Under the pieces are notes generated by a model, which was not told where the DNA came from, ran no database searches, and was given only the letters and a program-made list of their open reading frames with translations. A program made the position numbers and the translations under genes. A stretch of DNA of 64,000 bases from an uncultured Pelagibacteraceae bacterium (lineage in GTDB: Bacteria > Pseudomonadota > Alphaproteobacteria > Pelagibacterales > Pelagibacteraceae). Position 1 is the stretch's first letter. Each line of letters starts with the position of its first letter. This document shows, piece after piece, positions 1-9,536 of the stretch. The stretch spans positions 126,811-190,810 of the forward strand of contig CACMTZ010000002.1 in assembly GCA_902616725.1 (NCBI GenBank). The letters run 5' to 3'.

Positions 1-2
1 TT

Positions 3-119
3 GAAAAATTAAAAAACCTGGAAGAGCAAAAAGTTAATAACGTTATTGAATTAAAAGACAAAAAGAAATTTAAAAAGAAAAGTTTTAGAAAAAAAAAATT
101 TTATAAAAAAGCTAGATAA
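3..119 (+). CDS. 3' end of an ORF entering from upstream of the window; Lys-rich C-terminal tail, product unknown
   Basis: Frame 3 is open from the window edge to TAA at 117-119 (…[38 protein letters not shown]). No recognisable motif. It converges on the thiG stop with overlap. Confidence 0.25.
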   Translation, partial: EKLKNLEEQKVNNVIELKDKKKFKKKSFRKKKFYKKAR

Positions 120-885
120 TTCCCGATTTTGGAGAAGATGGATTTCCGTATAAAGTTTTTTTAATTCTACCAGACAAATATGATTGACGACCAGCAATAA
201 CTGCATTCTTAAATGCTAAAGCCATTTGAAATGGTTTTTTTGCTTTTGCAATCGCAGTATTTACTAAAACCCCGTCACAACCTAATTCCATAGCTACAGC
301 GGCATCTGAAGCTTGGCCTAATCCAGCATCAATAATTAATGGTAATTTTGTTTGCTTCCTAATTATCTGAATATTTATTTCATTGATAATGCCTAAGCCT
401 GAACCTATTGGAGCAGCTAAAGGCATAATTGCACACGCGCCAGCATTCTCCAATCTTTTTGCCATCAAAGGATCGTCATTACAATAGACCATCACTTTAA
501 ATCCCTCCTTAGTTAATATCTCAGTTGATTTAAGTGTTTCAATCATTTCTGGAAACAAGTTTTTTTTATCTCCTAAAACTTCTAGTTTTACTAATTTCCA
601 CCCACCTATTTCTCGCGCTAATCTTAGAGTCCTTAATGCCTCTTTTGAGTTGAAACAGCCAGCAGTGTTAGGTAGGTAGGTAATTTTTTTAGGATCAATA
701 TAATCCATTAATAATGGTTTTTTTTTATCAGTAATATTTACTCTTCGAACAGCAACTGTCACTATTTCGGCTCCAGATAAATTGATTGCTTTAGCACACT
801 CCTGCATACTTTTATACTTACCAGTTCCGACAATAAGTCTAGATTTAAAATTTTTCTTAGAAATAATAAATTTGTCTTTTTTCAA
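112..885 (-). CDS. thiG: thiazole synthase ThiG
   Basis: 257-aa ORF with ThiG-type motifs ([34 protein letters not shown]). It lies 2 bp downstream of thiS. Confidence 0.95.
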   Translation of the reverse strand: MKKDKFIISKKNFKSRLIVGTGKYKSMQECAKAINLSGAEIVTVAVRRVNITDKKKPLLMDYIDPKKITYLPNTAGCFNSKEALRTLRLAREIGGWKLVKLEVLGDKKNLFPEMIETLKSTEILTKEGFKVMVYCNDDPLMAKRLENAGACAIMPLAAPIGSGLGIINEINIQIIRKQTKLPLIIDAGLGQASDAAVAMELGCDGVLVNTAIAKAKKPFQMALAFKNAVIAGRQSYLSGRIKKTLYGNPSSPKSGII

Positions 886-887
886 TT

Positions 888-1100
888 TTAACCACCCCCA
901 ATGAAATGAACTATTTCTATTTTATCATTATTTTTAAGGTTGATACTTTTTAATTTTTTTTTATCCACTATTTCTTGATTTAATTCAATAGCTACTTTCG
1001 TTAATGGAATTTTATTTTTTTGAACAATATTGAATAATGTTGAATTATAATTAATTGCTTTCAATTTTCCATTTAATTTTATTTTTATTTTTTTTTTCAT
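888..1100 (-). CDS. thiS: sulfur-carrier protein ThiS
   Basis: 70 aa from the ATG at 1098-1100 ([11 protein letters not shown]…), ending in the ubiquitin-like C-terminal Gly-Gly (…VHFIGGG). The 122-aa track ORF would run into aroQ, so I trimmed it. Confidence 0.85.
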   Translation of the reverse strand: MKKKIKIKLNGKLKAINYNSTLFNIVQKNKIPLTKVAIELNQEIVDKKKLKSINLKNNDKIEIVHFIGGG

Positions 1101-1116
1101 CGTATATAAAAGCTGA

Positions 1117-1566
1117 ATGAATAATAAAATAATTATTATTAATGGTCCAAATATTAATCTATTAGGTGAAAGAGAACAATCACAATATGGATCGATCACC
1201 TTTGACAAACTTAAAGAAGAATGCTTAGCGAAATCAAAAGAACTAGGACTTTCCACTCAATTTGCCCAATCAAATGTAGAAGGTGAGTTAGTTGATTTAA
1301 TACAAAATGCTAGAAAAAAATTTGATGGGATGATTATCAATGCTGCTGCATTTACTCACACATCAATTGCAATTAGAGATGCTTTAGAAATTTTTAAAAA
1401 ACCTATCATTGAAGTACATATTTCAAATATCTATAAACGTGAAGAATTTAGAAAAAAATCTTTAATAAGTGACGTGGTTACTGGTGGAATATTTGGCCTA
1501 AATGCTGATGGTTATATTTTAGCCATAATTTCAATGCAAAAGCTAATCCAAAATGAAAATAGATAA
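1117..1566 (+). CDS. aroQ: type II 3-dehydroquinate dehydratase
   Basis: 149 aa with an N-terminal INGPNINLLGEREQSQYG motif. It sits in the conserved aroQ-accB-accC arrangement. Confidence 0.93.
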   Translation: MNNKIIIINGPNINLLGEREQSQYGSITFDKLKEECLAKSKELGLSTQFAQSNVEGELVDLIQNARKKFDGMIINAAAFTHTSIAIRDALEIFKKPIIEVHISNIYKREEFRKKSLISDVVTGGIFGLNADGYILAIISMQKLIQNENR

Positions 1567-1984
1567 AAAAATAATAAAAGAATTAAGTGATTATTTGGAT
1601 GAATTTAATCTTACTGAACTAGAGTACACTGAAAAAGATACCAAAATAAAAGTCTCAAAAAATAATATTTCAATTAATAATCAAACAAATCAAAGATCAA
1701 CTAAAGAGATAAGCTCAAATAAAAATATAGAAAGTCAAAATGATATATCTGGAATTGAAGTTACATCGCCAATTATTGGTACTGCTTACCACGCACCTGA
1801 GCCTGGAGCTAAAAAATTTGTAGAAGTTGGAAAAAAAATAAAAAAGGGTGACACTGTTATGATTGTAGAGGCTATGAAAACTATGAATCATGTGCCCTCA
1901 AGTTCTGATGGAATTGTAAAAAAGATACTTGTAGCTGATGGTCAACCTGTTGAGTTTGGCCAAACTCTTATTATTCTGGAATAA
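1553..1984 (+). CDS. accB: acetyl-CoA carboxylase biotin carboxyl carrier protein
   Basis: 143 aa with a C-terminal biotinyl domain carrying the EAMKTMN biotin-lysine motif. It overlaps accC by 1 nt. Confidence 0.93.
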   Translation: MKIDKKIIKELSDYLDEFNLTELEYTEKDTKIKVSKNNISINNQTNQRSTKEISSNKNIESQNDISGIEVTSPIIGTAYHAPEPGAKKFVEVGKKIKKGDTVMIVEAMKTMNHVPSSSDGIVKKILVADGQPVEFGQTLIILE

Positions 1985-3321
1985 TGTTTAAAAAAATTTT
2001 GATTGCAAATCGTGGAGAAATTGCAGTTAGAATTATCAGAGCTTGTAAGGAATGGGGAATCTCCACGGTTGCTGTTCATTCTGATGTAGATAGAGAAAGT
2101 ATGCATGTTAAATTGGCAGATGAAAGTGTTTGTATAGGCTCTCATCAACCGGCTAATAGTTATTTAAATATTCCTGCACTTTTATCAGCTATAGATTTGA
2201 CTAATGCTGAAGCAGTTCATCCTGGTTATGGTTTTTTATCTGAAAATGCAAATTTCGCCAAGATACTTGAAGAAAATAAAATTAAATTTATTGGTGCATC
2301 TGCAAAACATATAGAAATGATGGGAGATAAAATTCAAGCAAAAAAAATTGCAAAAGAAAATGGATTACCTGTAATAGAAGGATCTGAAGGTGGTGTCCGA
2401 GATGTGGCTGCAGCAAAAGAGCTGAGTAAAAAAATTGGTTTCCCGGTCTTAATTAAAGCCTCTGGGGGGGGTGGAGGTAAAGGTATGAAAATTGTTCAAA
2501 AAGAAGAGGATTTTGAGACACTGTTTTCTACAGCAAAATCAGAGGCAAAAAAATATTTTGGTAATGATGAAGTCTATATCGAAAAATTTTTTCAAAATCC
2601 AAGACATATAGAAGTTCAAATTTTAGCTGGAAAAAATGAAACAATTCATTTACACGAAAGAGATTGTTCTGTTCAAAGAAGACATCAAAAATTAATTGAA
2701 GAAACTCCAAGTCCGGTTTTAAACGACGAAATAAGAAAAGATTTATTTGATAAAACTGTAAATATGGTCAGAAAAATCGGTTATCAAGGAGCTGGCACAG
2801 TCGAATTTATTTATGAAGATGGAAAATTTTACTTTTTAGAGATGAATACAAGAGTTCAAGTTGAACATCCTGTTACTGAAATGGTTACAGGAATTGACAT
2901 AATTAAAGAACAAATATGGATTGCTTTTACTGGTGAAACAGCTCTTAAGCAATCAGACATTAATCCTAGAGGCCATGCTATTGAATGTAGAATAAATGCT
3001 GAGGATCCAGAAAAAAATTTTCAGCCATCTCCGGGTACAATCGGTATGTGTCATCAACCATCTGGTTTTAGGACAAGAGTAGATGGAGCAATATTTCAAG
3101 GTTATAAAGTAACTCCATATTACGATAGCATGATATGTAAACTCATTTGTCATGGTAGAAACAGAGGAGAGGCTATTCAAAGAATGAATAGATCATTGGA
3201 TGAATTTGTTATTGAGGGTATTACAACAACAATTCCTTTACACAAAAAACTTTTAAGTCATAAAAAATTTATCGAGTCTGATTTTAATGTAAGTTGGCTT
3301 GATAATGAAAAGATAGTTTAA
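1984..3321 (+). CDS. accC: acetyl-CoA carboxylase biotin carboxylase subunit
   Basis: 445 aa with ILIANRGEIAVRIIRA, the ATP-grasp glycine loop KASGGGGGKGM, and EMNTRVQVEHPVTE. Confidence 0.97.
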   Translation: MFKKILIANRGEIAVRIIRACKEWGISTVAVHSDVDRESMHVKLADESVCIGSHQPANSYLNIPALLSAIDLTNAEAVHPGYGFLSENANFAKILEENKIKFIGASAKHIEMMGDKIQAKKIAKENGLPVIEGSEGGVRDVAAAKELSKKIGFPVLIKASGGGGGKGMKIVQKEEDFETLFSTAKSEAKKYFGNDEVYIEKFFQNPRHIEVQILAGKNETIHLHERDCSVQRRHQKLIEETPSPVLNDEIRKDLFDKTVNMVRKIGYQGAGTVEFIYEDGKFYFLEMNTRVQVEHPVTEMVTGIDIIKEQIWIAFTGETALKQSDINPRGHAIECRINAEDPEKNFQPSPGTIGMCHQPSGFRTRVDGAIFQGYKVTPYYDSMICKLICHGRNRGEAIQRMNRSLDEFVIEGITTTIPLHKKLLSHKKFIESDFNVSWLDNEKIV

Positions 3322-3716
3322 TAACAGCTTACTAACCAAATATCATATACAGGGTGATCAAATGGAGTTATGGACGGGCTTGATGAAAACATCCACCCAT
3401 TAAAAACGAACACATCGTCTTTGTTTTTATTTGTTAGATCACTAACTTGAATATAAGCTGTAATTTCTGGATTATCATCGAATTCAGAATTTTTACACTT
3501 CATACTTTTAATTAAAAGATCTTTATGTTTTTTTGCTTCCCCGTTTTTAAGTTTAACTAAAATATTTTTTGAGGAAATTTTATCTAAAATTTTAATATCA
3601 GTGTAGCTACCTTCTTGATTTTGCTCAGAATACGCAAAAAGAGGTATGCTTAAAAAAAGAAATATAAATAAATTAAATTTAGTCTTTCCAAGACCTATAT
3701 TTTTTTTGAATAGCAT
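3318..3716 (-). CDS. exported protein, probably DUF2155 family (usual partner of the NDUFA12-like gene in alphaproteobacteria)
   Basis: 132 aa with a signal peptide (FIFLFLSIPLFAYS). It lies directly downstream of the NDUFA12-like ORF and overlaps it by 38 nt. The family name is recalled from synteny, not verified. Confidence 0.55.
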   Translation of the reverse strand: MLFKKNIGLGKTKFNLFIFLFLSIPLFAYSEQNQEGSYTDIKILDKISSKNILVKLKNGEAKKHKDLLIKSMKCKNSEFDDNPEITAYIQVSDLTNKNKDDVFVFNGWMFSSSPSITPFDHPVYDIWLVSCY

Positions 3717-4038
3717 TTTTGTTTTTATTTGGGTAATAAGCTGAATCTGTGCCAGTTAAATTCTCTTGATGAGGTTTTTGCCAATCATATTTTTTTAATT
3801 CATGATTATTTTCTATTTTATTATGAGTGAAATGTATCCATGAATACCACTCAACTGGTATTTTTGATGCGTCTATTTCTGCTGCATAAATCACCCATCT
3901 TTTTCCATTTTTAGATTCGTAATATTTATTTCCTAAATGATCTGTACCTTTTAATTTACCAAATAAAATTGTTTTTACTCTGGTTCCAAAAGTATCTCGA
4001 TTCCACCAAGTGAAAATTTTTTTTACGAATGTCAACAT
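3679..4038 (-). CDS. NADH:ubiquinone oxidoreductase subunit NDUFA12 (B17.2)-like protein
   Basis: 119 aa with FTWWNRDTFGT…GTDHLGNKYYE…RWVIY…VPVEWYSWIH, the pattern of the NDUFA12 family. Confidence 0.8.
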   Translation of the reverse strand: MLTFVKKIFTWWNRDTFGTRVKTILFGKLKGTDHLGNKYYESKNGKRWVIYAAEIDASKIPVEWYSWIHFTHNKIENNHELKKYDWQKPHQENLTGTDSAYYPNKNKNAIQKKYRSWKD

Positions 4039-4155
4039 AATAAAATTTTTATTTACAATTTCAAATTGTATAAATTAAATTAGACTAAAATTTGTTTTTG
4101 TATATAAATTAATTGATTCATTATTCAAATAAAATTTAAAAATAACTGAGGTTAA

Positions 4156-4980
4156 ATGGCAAAATATTTAGTAGAAACATATTACACTTGTACTTTCAAA
4201 GTAAATCATTATTTAGACGACATTAATGAAACTGAGCTTAAAAATTTAGAAAAACGTGACGATGGTAAATTTGAGGTTCTGGACGTAAAACTTGATAATA
4301 GAAAAACCAAAAGTTTAGATCCAAATAATAAAAAAATTGTTGAAAATAAGAAAATTGATGTAGTCGCTTCAAATAATAAATCTACGCCAAAAAATTTAGA
4401 GAATATAATCAAGTCAAATAGTAATAATTCAGAAAAATCAGGAAAAAGATTTAGTATGCCAGATAGAAGAAAAGGCTACATCCAAAAAGCAACTATTGGT
4501 GATCATAAAGTATATTTACACACTGGTGAATACGAAGATGGAAAAATTGGAGAAATTTTTATTGATACAAGTAAAGAAGGTGAATTAGTTAAAGCTCTAA
4601 TGAATAATTTTGCTATAGCAGTGTCCTTAGGTCTACAATATGGAGTTCCACTGGATGAATTTATAAGTGCTTTTGTTGATACGAAATTTGAACCTTCCGG
4701 TAAAGTTCATGGAAATGATAGAATTTTGACAGCAACATCTATTTTAGATTATATTTTTAGAGAATTAGCTATTTCTTATCAAAATAGAGAAGATTTAGCT
4801 CATACACCTTCAATTGGTAATTCAGAAATTTCAAATATTGACGAGCAAAACTCAGATGATCAAAATCAGCTTTTGAAAATAGTAAAAGATATTACTAGTA
4901 AAGGTTTTGTAAGAAATAATTATAAAAAAAATTTAGTAGATTTATCAGATGTAAAGATAAATCTAAAAGGTAAAAAATAA
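4156..4980 (+). CDS. standalone TSCPD-like protein resembling the C-terminal region of class II (B12-dependent) ribonucleotide reductase NrdJ
   Basis: 274 aa. Residues ~100-215 ([42 protein letters not shown]…[35 protein letters not shown]…[16 protein letters not shown]) closely match my recollection of the C-terminal part of alphaproteobacterial NrdJ. No catalytic barrel is present. There is an SD-like GAGG 7 nt upstream. Confidence 0.65.
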   Translation: MAKYLVETYYTCTFKVNHYLDDINETELKNLEKRDDGKFEVLDVKLDNRKTKSLDPNNKKIVENKKIDVVASNNKSTPKNLENIIKSNSNNSEKSGKRFSMPDRRKGYIQKATIGDHKVYLHTGEYEDGKIGEIFIDTSKEGELVKALMNNFAIAVSLGLQYGVPLDEFISAFVDTKFEPSGKVHGNDRILTATSILDYIFRELAISYQNREDLAHTPSIGNSEISNIDEQNSDDQNQLLKIVKDITSKGFVRNNYKKNLVDLSDVKINLKGKK

Positions 4981-4981
4981 T

Positions 4982-6760
4982 CTATTTTTTTATTTTAAGA
5001 GCTAGATTAAGCTCCTTTAATTGATTCTCATCTATTGATGAAGGAGCATTCATCATTAAATCTTGAGCGTTTTGATTCATTGGAAACATAGTTACTTCCC
5101 TAATATTTTTTTCGTTTGCCAAGAGCATTATTATTCTATCAATTCCAGGAGCAATTCCCCCATGCGGTGGTGCACCATAGCTTAAAGCATTAATCATTCC
5201 ACTAAATTTTTCATCAACTTGATCTTTATCATAACCGGCAATAGCAAATAATTTATACATAAGTTCAGGAATATGATTTCTTATAGCACCAGATGAAAGT
5301 TCAATCCCATTACATACTATATCATACTGATAGGCTAACATATCCAAAGGTTTTTCAAAATTAAGTTTTTTAATATCTCCTTGCGGCATCGAAAAAGGAT
5401 TATGACTAAATTCAATTTTATTTGTTTGATCATTTTTTTCAAACATTGGATAATCAACTACCCAACAAAATGCAAAAACATTATCATCTATTAAATTTAA
5501 GTCTTTTGCAATTTTATCTCTAGCCAAACTAGTAATTCGCTCTAAATCCTTTTTTTTACTACAAGCCATAAATATACTATCTCCAACTTTTGCGCCTGTT
5601 TTTTTCATGATTTCCTCTAAAGACTCTTTTGAAAAAAATTTACCCACTGGCCCTTTTGCAGAAATCCTATTTTCAATAGTGAAATAAGCTAGACCAGAAG
5701 CCCCCTCATCTTTGGCCCATCTATCAATATTATCAAAGAAGCTTCTTGGTTTATCTTTGGTATTCTTAGTAACAATACATCTTACATTTGAGCCAGACTT
5801 CACAAGTTTTTTAAAGATATCAAAAGAAACATCCTCTCTTGTAAAAGTTTCTGTTATGTCTTCAATTATCAATGGATTTCTAAGATCAGGTTTATCACTT
5901 CCATACTTTAAAAGAGCATCTCTATAGGTAATTCTTGGAAATTTTTCTGTTATAATTTTTTTTTTTGAGAATTTTTTAAAGGTATTAACTAATAATTGTT
6001 CAACGACTTTGAAAACATCCTCTTGCTCAACAAAAGACATCTCTAAATCTAACTGATAAAACTCTCCTGGACTTCGATCAGCACGAGCATCTTCATCTCT
6101 AAAACATGGGGCGATTTGAAAATATTTATCAAAACCTGAAACCATTATGAGTTGTTTAAATTGTTGCGGTGCCTGCGGCAAAGCATAAAACTTACCTGGA
6201 TTCAATCTACTTGGTACAAGAAAATCTCTGGCTCCCTCAGGACTAGATGAAGTTAATATTGGTGTTTGAAACTCTAAAAAACCAAATTTACTCATTTCAT
6301 TTCTGATAAACGAAATAACTTTTGATCTCAAAATAATATTTTCATGAATTTTTTTTCTTCTTAAATCTAAATATCTATATTTTAATCTGATTTCTTCAGA
6401 ATATTCTTGATCACTAAAAACAGGCATTGGCAATTCTTTGCATTTACCTAAAACAACAAAATTTTCGATAGTGACTTCAATCTCTCCTGTTTCTATCTCT
6501 TTATTGATTGTATCAGTTGATCTATCAACTACTTTACCCTCTACATTAATAACTGTTTCAAGTTGTAATTTTTCTAAATCTTTAAAGTTTTTATTTTCTT
6601 TATCTACTATACACTGTGTGATGCCATAGTTATCACGTAAATCTAAAAATAAGAGATTTCCATGATCACGCTTCTTATTAATCCAACCTGAAAGTAGAAT
6701 ATTACTTCCAACATTTTTTTTTCTAAGTTCGTTACAATTATGACTTCTATATTTATTCAA
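4982..6760 (-). CDS. aspS: aspartate--tRNA ligase
   Basis: 592 aa with class IIb motifs FQTPILTSSSPEGARDF, QAPQQFKQL, FRDEDARADR and GIAPGIDRIIMLL. Confidence 0.97.
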   Translation of the reverse strand: MNKYRSHNCNELRKKNVGSNILLSGWINKKRDHGNLLFLDLRDNYGITQCIVDKENKNFKDLEKLQLETVINVEGKVVDRSTDTINKEIETGEIEVTIENFVVLGKCKELPMPVFSDQEYSEEIRLKYRYLDLRRKKIHENIILRSKVISFIRNEMSKFGFLEFQTPILTSSSPEGARDFLVPSRLNPGKFYALPQAPQQFKQLIMVSGFDKYFQIAPCFRDEDARADRSPGEFYQLDLEMSFVEQEDVFKVVEQLLVNTFKKFSKKKIITEKFPRITYRDALLKYGSDKPDLRNPLIIEDITETFTREDVSFDIFKKLVKSGSNVRCIVTKNTKDKPRSFFDNIDRWAKDEGASGLAYFTIENRISAKGPVGKFFSKESLEEIMKKTGAKVGDSIFMACSKKKDLERITSLARDKIAKDLNLIDDNVFAFCWVVDYPMFEKNDQTNKIEFSHNPFSMPQGDIKKLNFEKPLDMLAYQYDIVCNGIELSSGAIRNHIPELMYKLFAIAGYDKDQVDEKFSGMINALSYGAPPHGGIAPGIDRIIMLLANEKNIREVTMFPMNQNAQDLMMNAPSSIDENQLKELNLALKIKK

Positions 6761-7423
6761 TTATTCTCCCAATACCTCTTTAATTGTACTTAAATTTATA
6801 GATCTTTTTTTTTTTAAACTTACTTCGTCGATTTTATATATAAAATCAACTATTTTTCCATATGATCTATCAATTCTTTTAATAATATAGTCAATTAATT
6901 TTTTATCTATTGATATTTGACGATCAGATAAATTTTTTAAAATTAAAGCGAATAAAAGTTCATCATCAGGTTTATCAATATTTTGAAGTAAGAAATTTTT
7001 TGTTCTTGATTTTAAATCATTCAACTTAAAATCAATATTTACAATGGAACTTTCAGAGGTAACTATTAAATATTTGTTATCTTGTTCAACTATATTGCAT
7101 AGAGTAAAAAATAAATTTTCATTTATCTTTTCAGACACATTTTCTAAAATAATATTTTGGAAGATTTTTATTTTTTTAAAATCATTATCACATAATAAAT
7201 TAGCTTCAATTTTAGTTCCTTTATATTTTTTTAAAAAAATATTAATTAAATGTGTCTTTCCAGAAAATTTTTCACCACTTATATTGAGAAAATTTTTTTC
7301 CCATTTAGGCCATTTATTTAATAAATCAAATATTTGCTTATTACTTTTTGATACATAAAAATCATCTTCTTTAAAATTTCCATCATAATTAAATCTGATA
7401 ATTTCTTGATCTATATCTTTCAT
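6761..7423 (-). CDS. hdaA: DnaA-related regulatory protein (Hda/HdaA-like)
   Basis: About 220 aa AAA-like protein with a degenerate Walker A (GEKFSGKTHLINIF). It lies in the hda / exported protein / purMN neighbourhood seen in other proteobacteria. I prefer the start at 7423 (ATGA overlap with the upstream stop); 7435 is the alternative. Confidence 0.55.
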   Translation of the reverse strand: MKDIDQEIIRFNYDGNFKEDDFYVSKSNKQIFDLLNKWPKWEKNFLNISGEKFSGKTHLINIFLKKYKGTKIEANLLCDNDFKKIKIFQNIILENVSEKINENLFFTLCNIVEQDNKYLIVTSESSIVNIDFKLNDLKSRTKNFLLQNIDKPDDELLFALILKNLSDRQISIDKKLIDYIIKRIDRSYGKIVDFIYKIDEVSLKKKRSINLSTIKEVLGE

Positions 7424-8496
7424 TGTAAAATCCATGTCTTATTCTGAGTGCTAAAAACAAAATCTTTATCTTTCATTAATTTTAAAAATATATTTGGGGT
7501 ACCATTAAAAATAATTTGATAATAGATGTGGTTTTTATCAAATTTTAAAACAAAATAATCATATACTAAATTTATTTCATTTAATATTTTTTCAAAATTT
7601 GAAACTTTCAGATTATCATCAGAATCTAATTTGACAAATATTGGCAGTTTAATTGAAGTATTAATTCTATTGAAAATTTTCCAATGATCTTCATAAATTA
7701 TTTTTAATTTATCTATTAAATTTGTAATATCATCTTCATCATCAAAATTTATGTCAGAAAATGAAAGATTTTTTAAAACTACTTTATTCTCGATTGTTAT
7801 TCTTGATAAAATTCTTACATCATTATTATTTTTAAAAACTAAAGTTACAATTGAGTCAGCTAAATTATATTTCCTAGTAATCTCTTCAAAATTATATTTT
7901 TCGATTGTCTCGTAATTTTTTTTTATGAGATTTAAATCTTCTAGATCTTCAGTCGGCAAAAGATACTCCAGAAGATGTGATTTTTTTTTATACTTATTCC
8001 AATTGTTAAATAAACTATTTTCTGAAAAGGCTATTAAATCCTCATTTTTTTCCTCTATTATAATCGGAAACAATAAAAATTTTTTTCTATTCGGCACAGA
8101 TGGGAATACATTTTTATTTTCTAAGTAATTGAAAATTTTTTTTTTGTTAAAAGTGACACCTAAATTTACATAATAAGTCTCATCAATAAACTTTTCCTCT
8201 TTTACAGAAAAAGACTCTATCATTCCTTTTATCTCGGCTAATTTTATTCCTTTAATTATTTCTTGATCTGAAGAAACTGTAATAGATGAGATTAATCTAG
8301 AAAAAGCTTTAATAAAGCCATCATCTATAACCTTATTTTTATCAAAATTTATTTCAAACGGCTTTGAAATTTCAATATTATTTACATCGAAAGATTTTGC
8401 CTCAACTTTATCTGTGGAAAAAAAAAATATATTTAAAGATAGAAATACAAAAAAAATATATAAAAAATGTGAAAAATTTTTAAATCTAATTATCAT
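7420..8496 (-). CDS. exported hypothetical protein (possibly DUF2066 family)
   Basis: 358 aa with a signal peptide (LYIFFVFLSLNIFFFSTDKVEA). Its position is divergent from purM and upstream of the hda-like gene. The family assignment rests only on remembered synteny. Confidence 0.45.
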   Translation of the reverse strand: MIIRFKNFSHFLYIFFVFLSLNIFFFSTDKVEAKSFDVNNIEISKPFEINFDKNKVIDDGFIKAFSRLISSITVSSDQEIIKGIKLAEIKGMIESFSVKEEKFIDETYYVNLGVTFNKKKIFNYLENKNVFPSVPNRKKFLLFPIIIEEKNEDLIAFSENSLFNNWNKYKKKSHLLEYLLPTEDLEDLNLIKKNYETIEKYNFEEITRKYNLADSIVTLVFKNNNDVRILSRITIENKVVLKNLSFSDINFDDEDDITNLIDKLKIIYEDHWKIFNRINTSIKLPIFVKLDSDDNLKVSNFEKILNEINLVYDYFVLKFDKNHIYYQIIFNGTPNIFLKLMKDKDFVFSTQNKTWILQ

Positions 8497-8507
8497 ACTT
8501 TATAATA

Positions 8508-9536
8508 ATGAATAAAAATCTATTAACATACAAAAAAAGCGGAGTTGATATTAAGGCTGCAGATAAGTTTATAAAATTCATATCTTCGATTTCATCAAAA
8601 AAAAAGGGCAAAAAAAAGTTTAATAATATAGGTGGTTTTGGTTCTATAACAAACATTCCCAACAATTTAAAAAATCCAAAAATTGTAGCATGCACTGATG
8701 GAGTTGGTACTAAAATAGAAATAGCAAATCTTTTAAAAAAGTTTGATACTATTGGTATCGATTTGGTTGCTATGAGTGTAAATGATTTAATAGTCCAAGG
8801 TGCGACCCCCTTTTTTTTCTTAGATTATATTTCGATAAACAAAATTAATTTACCAAAACTAAAATCAATTATTAAAGGAATTGTTAAAGGATGTAATTTA
8901 TCTGGTTGTGATTTAGTTGGTGGTGAAACAGCTGAAATGCCAGGTACATATGAAAAAAATAAATTTGATATTGCCGGTTTTGCAGTTGGATTAGTTGAAC
9001 AAAAAAAAATTTTAAACAAAAATGATATCAAAGAAAATAACCTTATATTAGCAATTCCATCAAGTGGCTTACATTCAAATGGTTACTCATTAGTTAGAAA
9101 TATTATTAAAAAAAAAAATATAGCAATTAATAAAAATATTTTTTTAAAAAAAGAGTTACTAAAACCAACAAAGATTTATGTTAAAGAAATTCTAAGTCTT
9201 ATTAACAAGAAACTAATAAATGGTTGTGCCAATATAACTGGTGGAGGTTTACCAGACAATATCAAAAGAGTTATCCCAAATAATCTTTGTGCAGAAATTG
9301 ATTTAGAAAAGATACAGCCACTTAAAATCTTTAAATGGTTAAAAAAAAATGATGTAAATGACTTCGAAATGTTACAAACTTTTAATTGTGGTGTTGGTTT
9401 TTGTTTAATTATAAATCCTAGAAATTTAAAAAAAATTAGTAAATATTTTTCTAAAGATTACAAACCTTATGTGATTGGCAAAATATCAAAAAATTCAAAA
9501 AAAATAAAATTAAATGGTAAAATTGATTGGTCCTAA
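8508..9536 (+). CDS. purM: phosphoribosylformylglycinamidine cyclo-ligase (AIR synthetase)
   Basis: 342 aa with YKKSGVDI, GGFGS, CTDGVGTK and GGETAEMPG motifs. Confidence 0.96.
   Translation: MNKNLLTYKKSGVDIKAADKFIKFISSISSKKKGKKKFNNIGGFGSITNIPNNLKNPKIVACTDGVGTKIEIANLLKKFDTIGIDLVAMSVNDLIVQGATPFFFLDYISINKINLPKLKSIIKGIVKGCNLSGCDLVGGETAEMPGTYEKNKFDIAGFAVGLVEQKKILNKNDIKENNLILAIPSSGLHSNGYSLVRNIIKKKNIAINKNIFLKKELLKPTKIYVKEILSLINKKLINGCANITGGGLPDNIKRVIPNNLCAEIDLEKIQPLKIFKWLKKNDVNDFEMLQTFNCGVGFCLIINPRNLKKISKYFSKDYKPYVIGKISKNSKKIKLNGKIDWS

Noticed and set aside
1101-1116. Expected TPP (THI-box) riboswitch upstream of thiS-thiG
   Set aside because: Only 16 bp separate thiS from the divergent aroQ. I see no CUGAGA / ACCUGA-type THI-box elements on the minus strand within the aroQ 5' coding region.
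888-1256. 122-aa track ORF extending thiS upstream into aroQ
   Set aside because: The N-terminal 52 residues are low-complexity and antisense to the well-supported aroQ. An internal ATG at 1098-1100 gives a canonical 70-aa ThiS ending in GG.
4054-4070. Interpretation of the palindrome as an NrdR box regulating the RNR-like ORF
   Set aside because: NrdR boxes, as I recall them, are 16-bp even palindromes of the ACACTATATATAGTGT type and usually occur in tandem about 31-32 bp apart. This one has an odd centre and a different core, and no second copy is seen.
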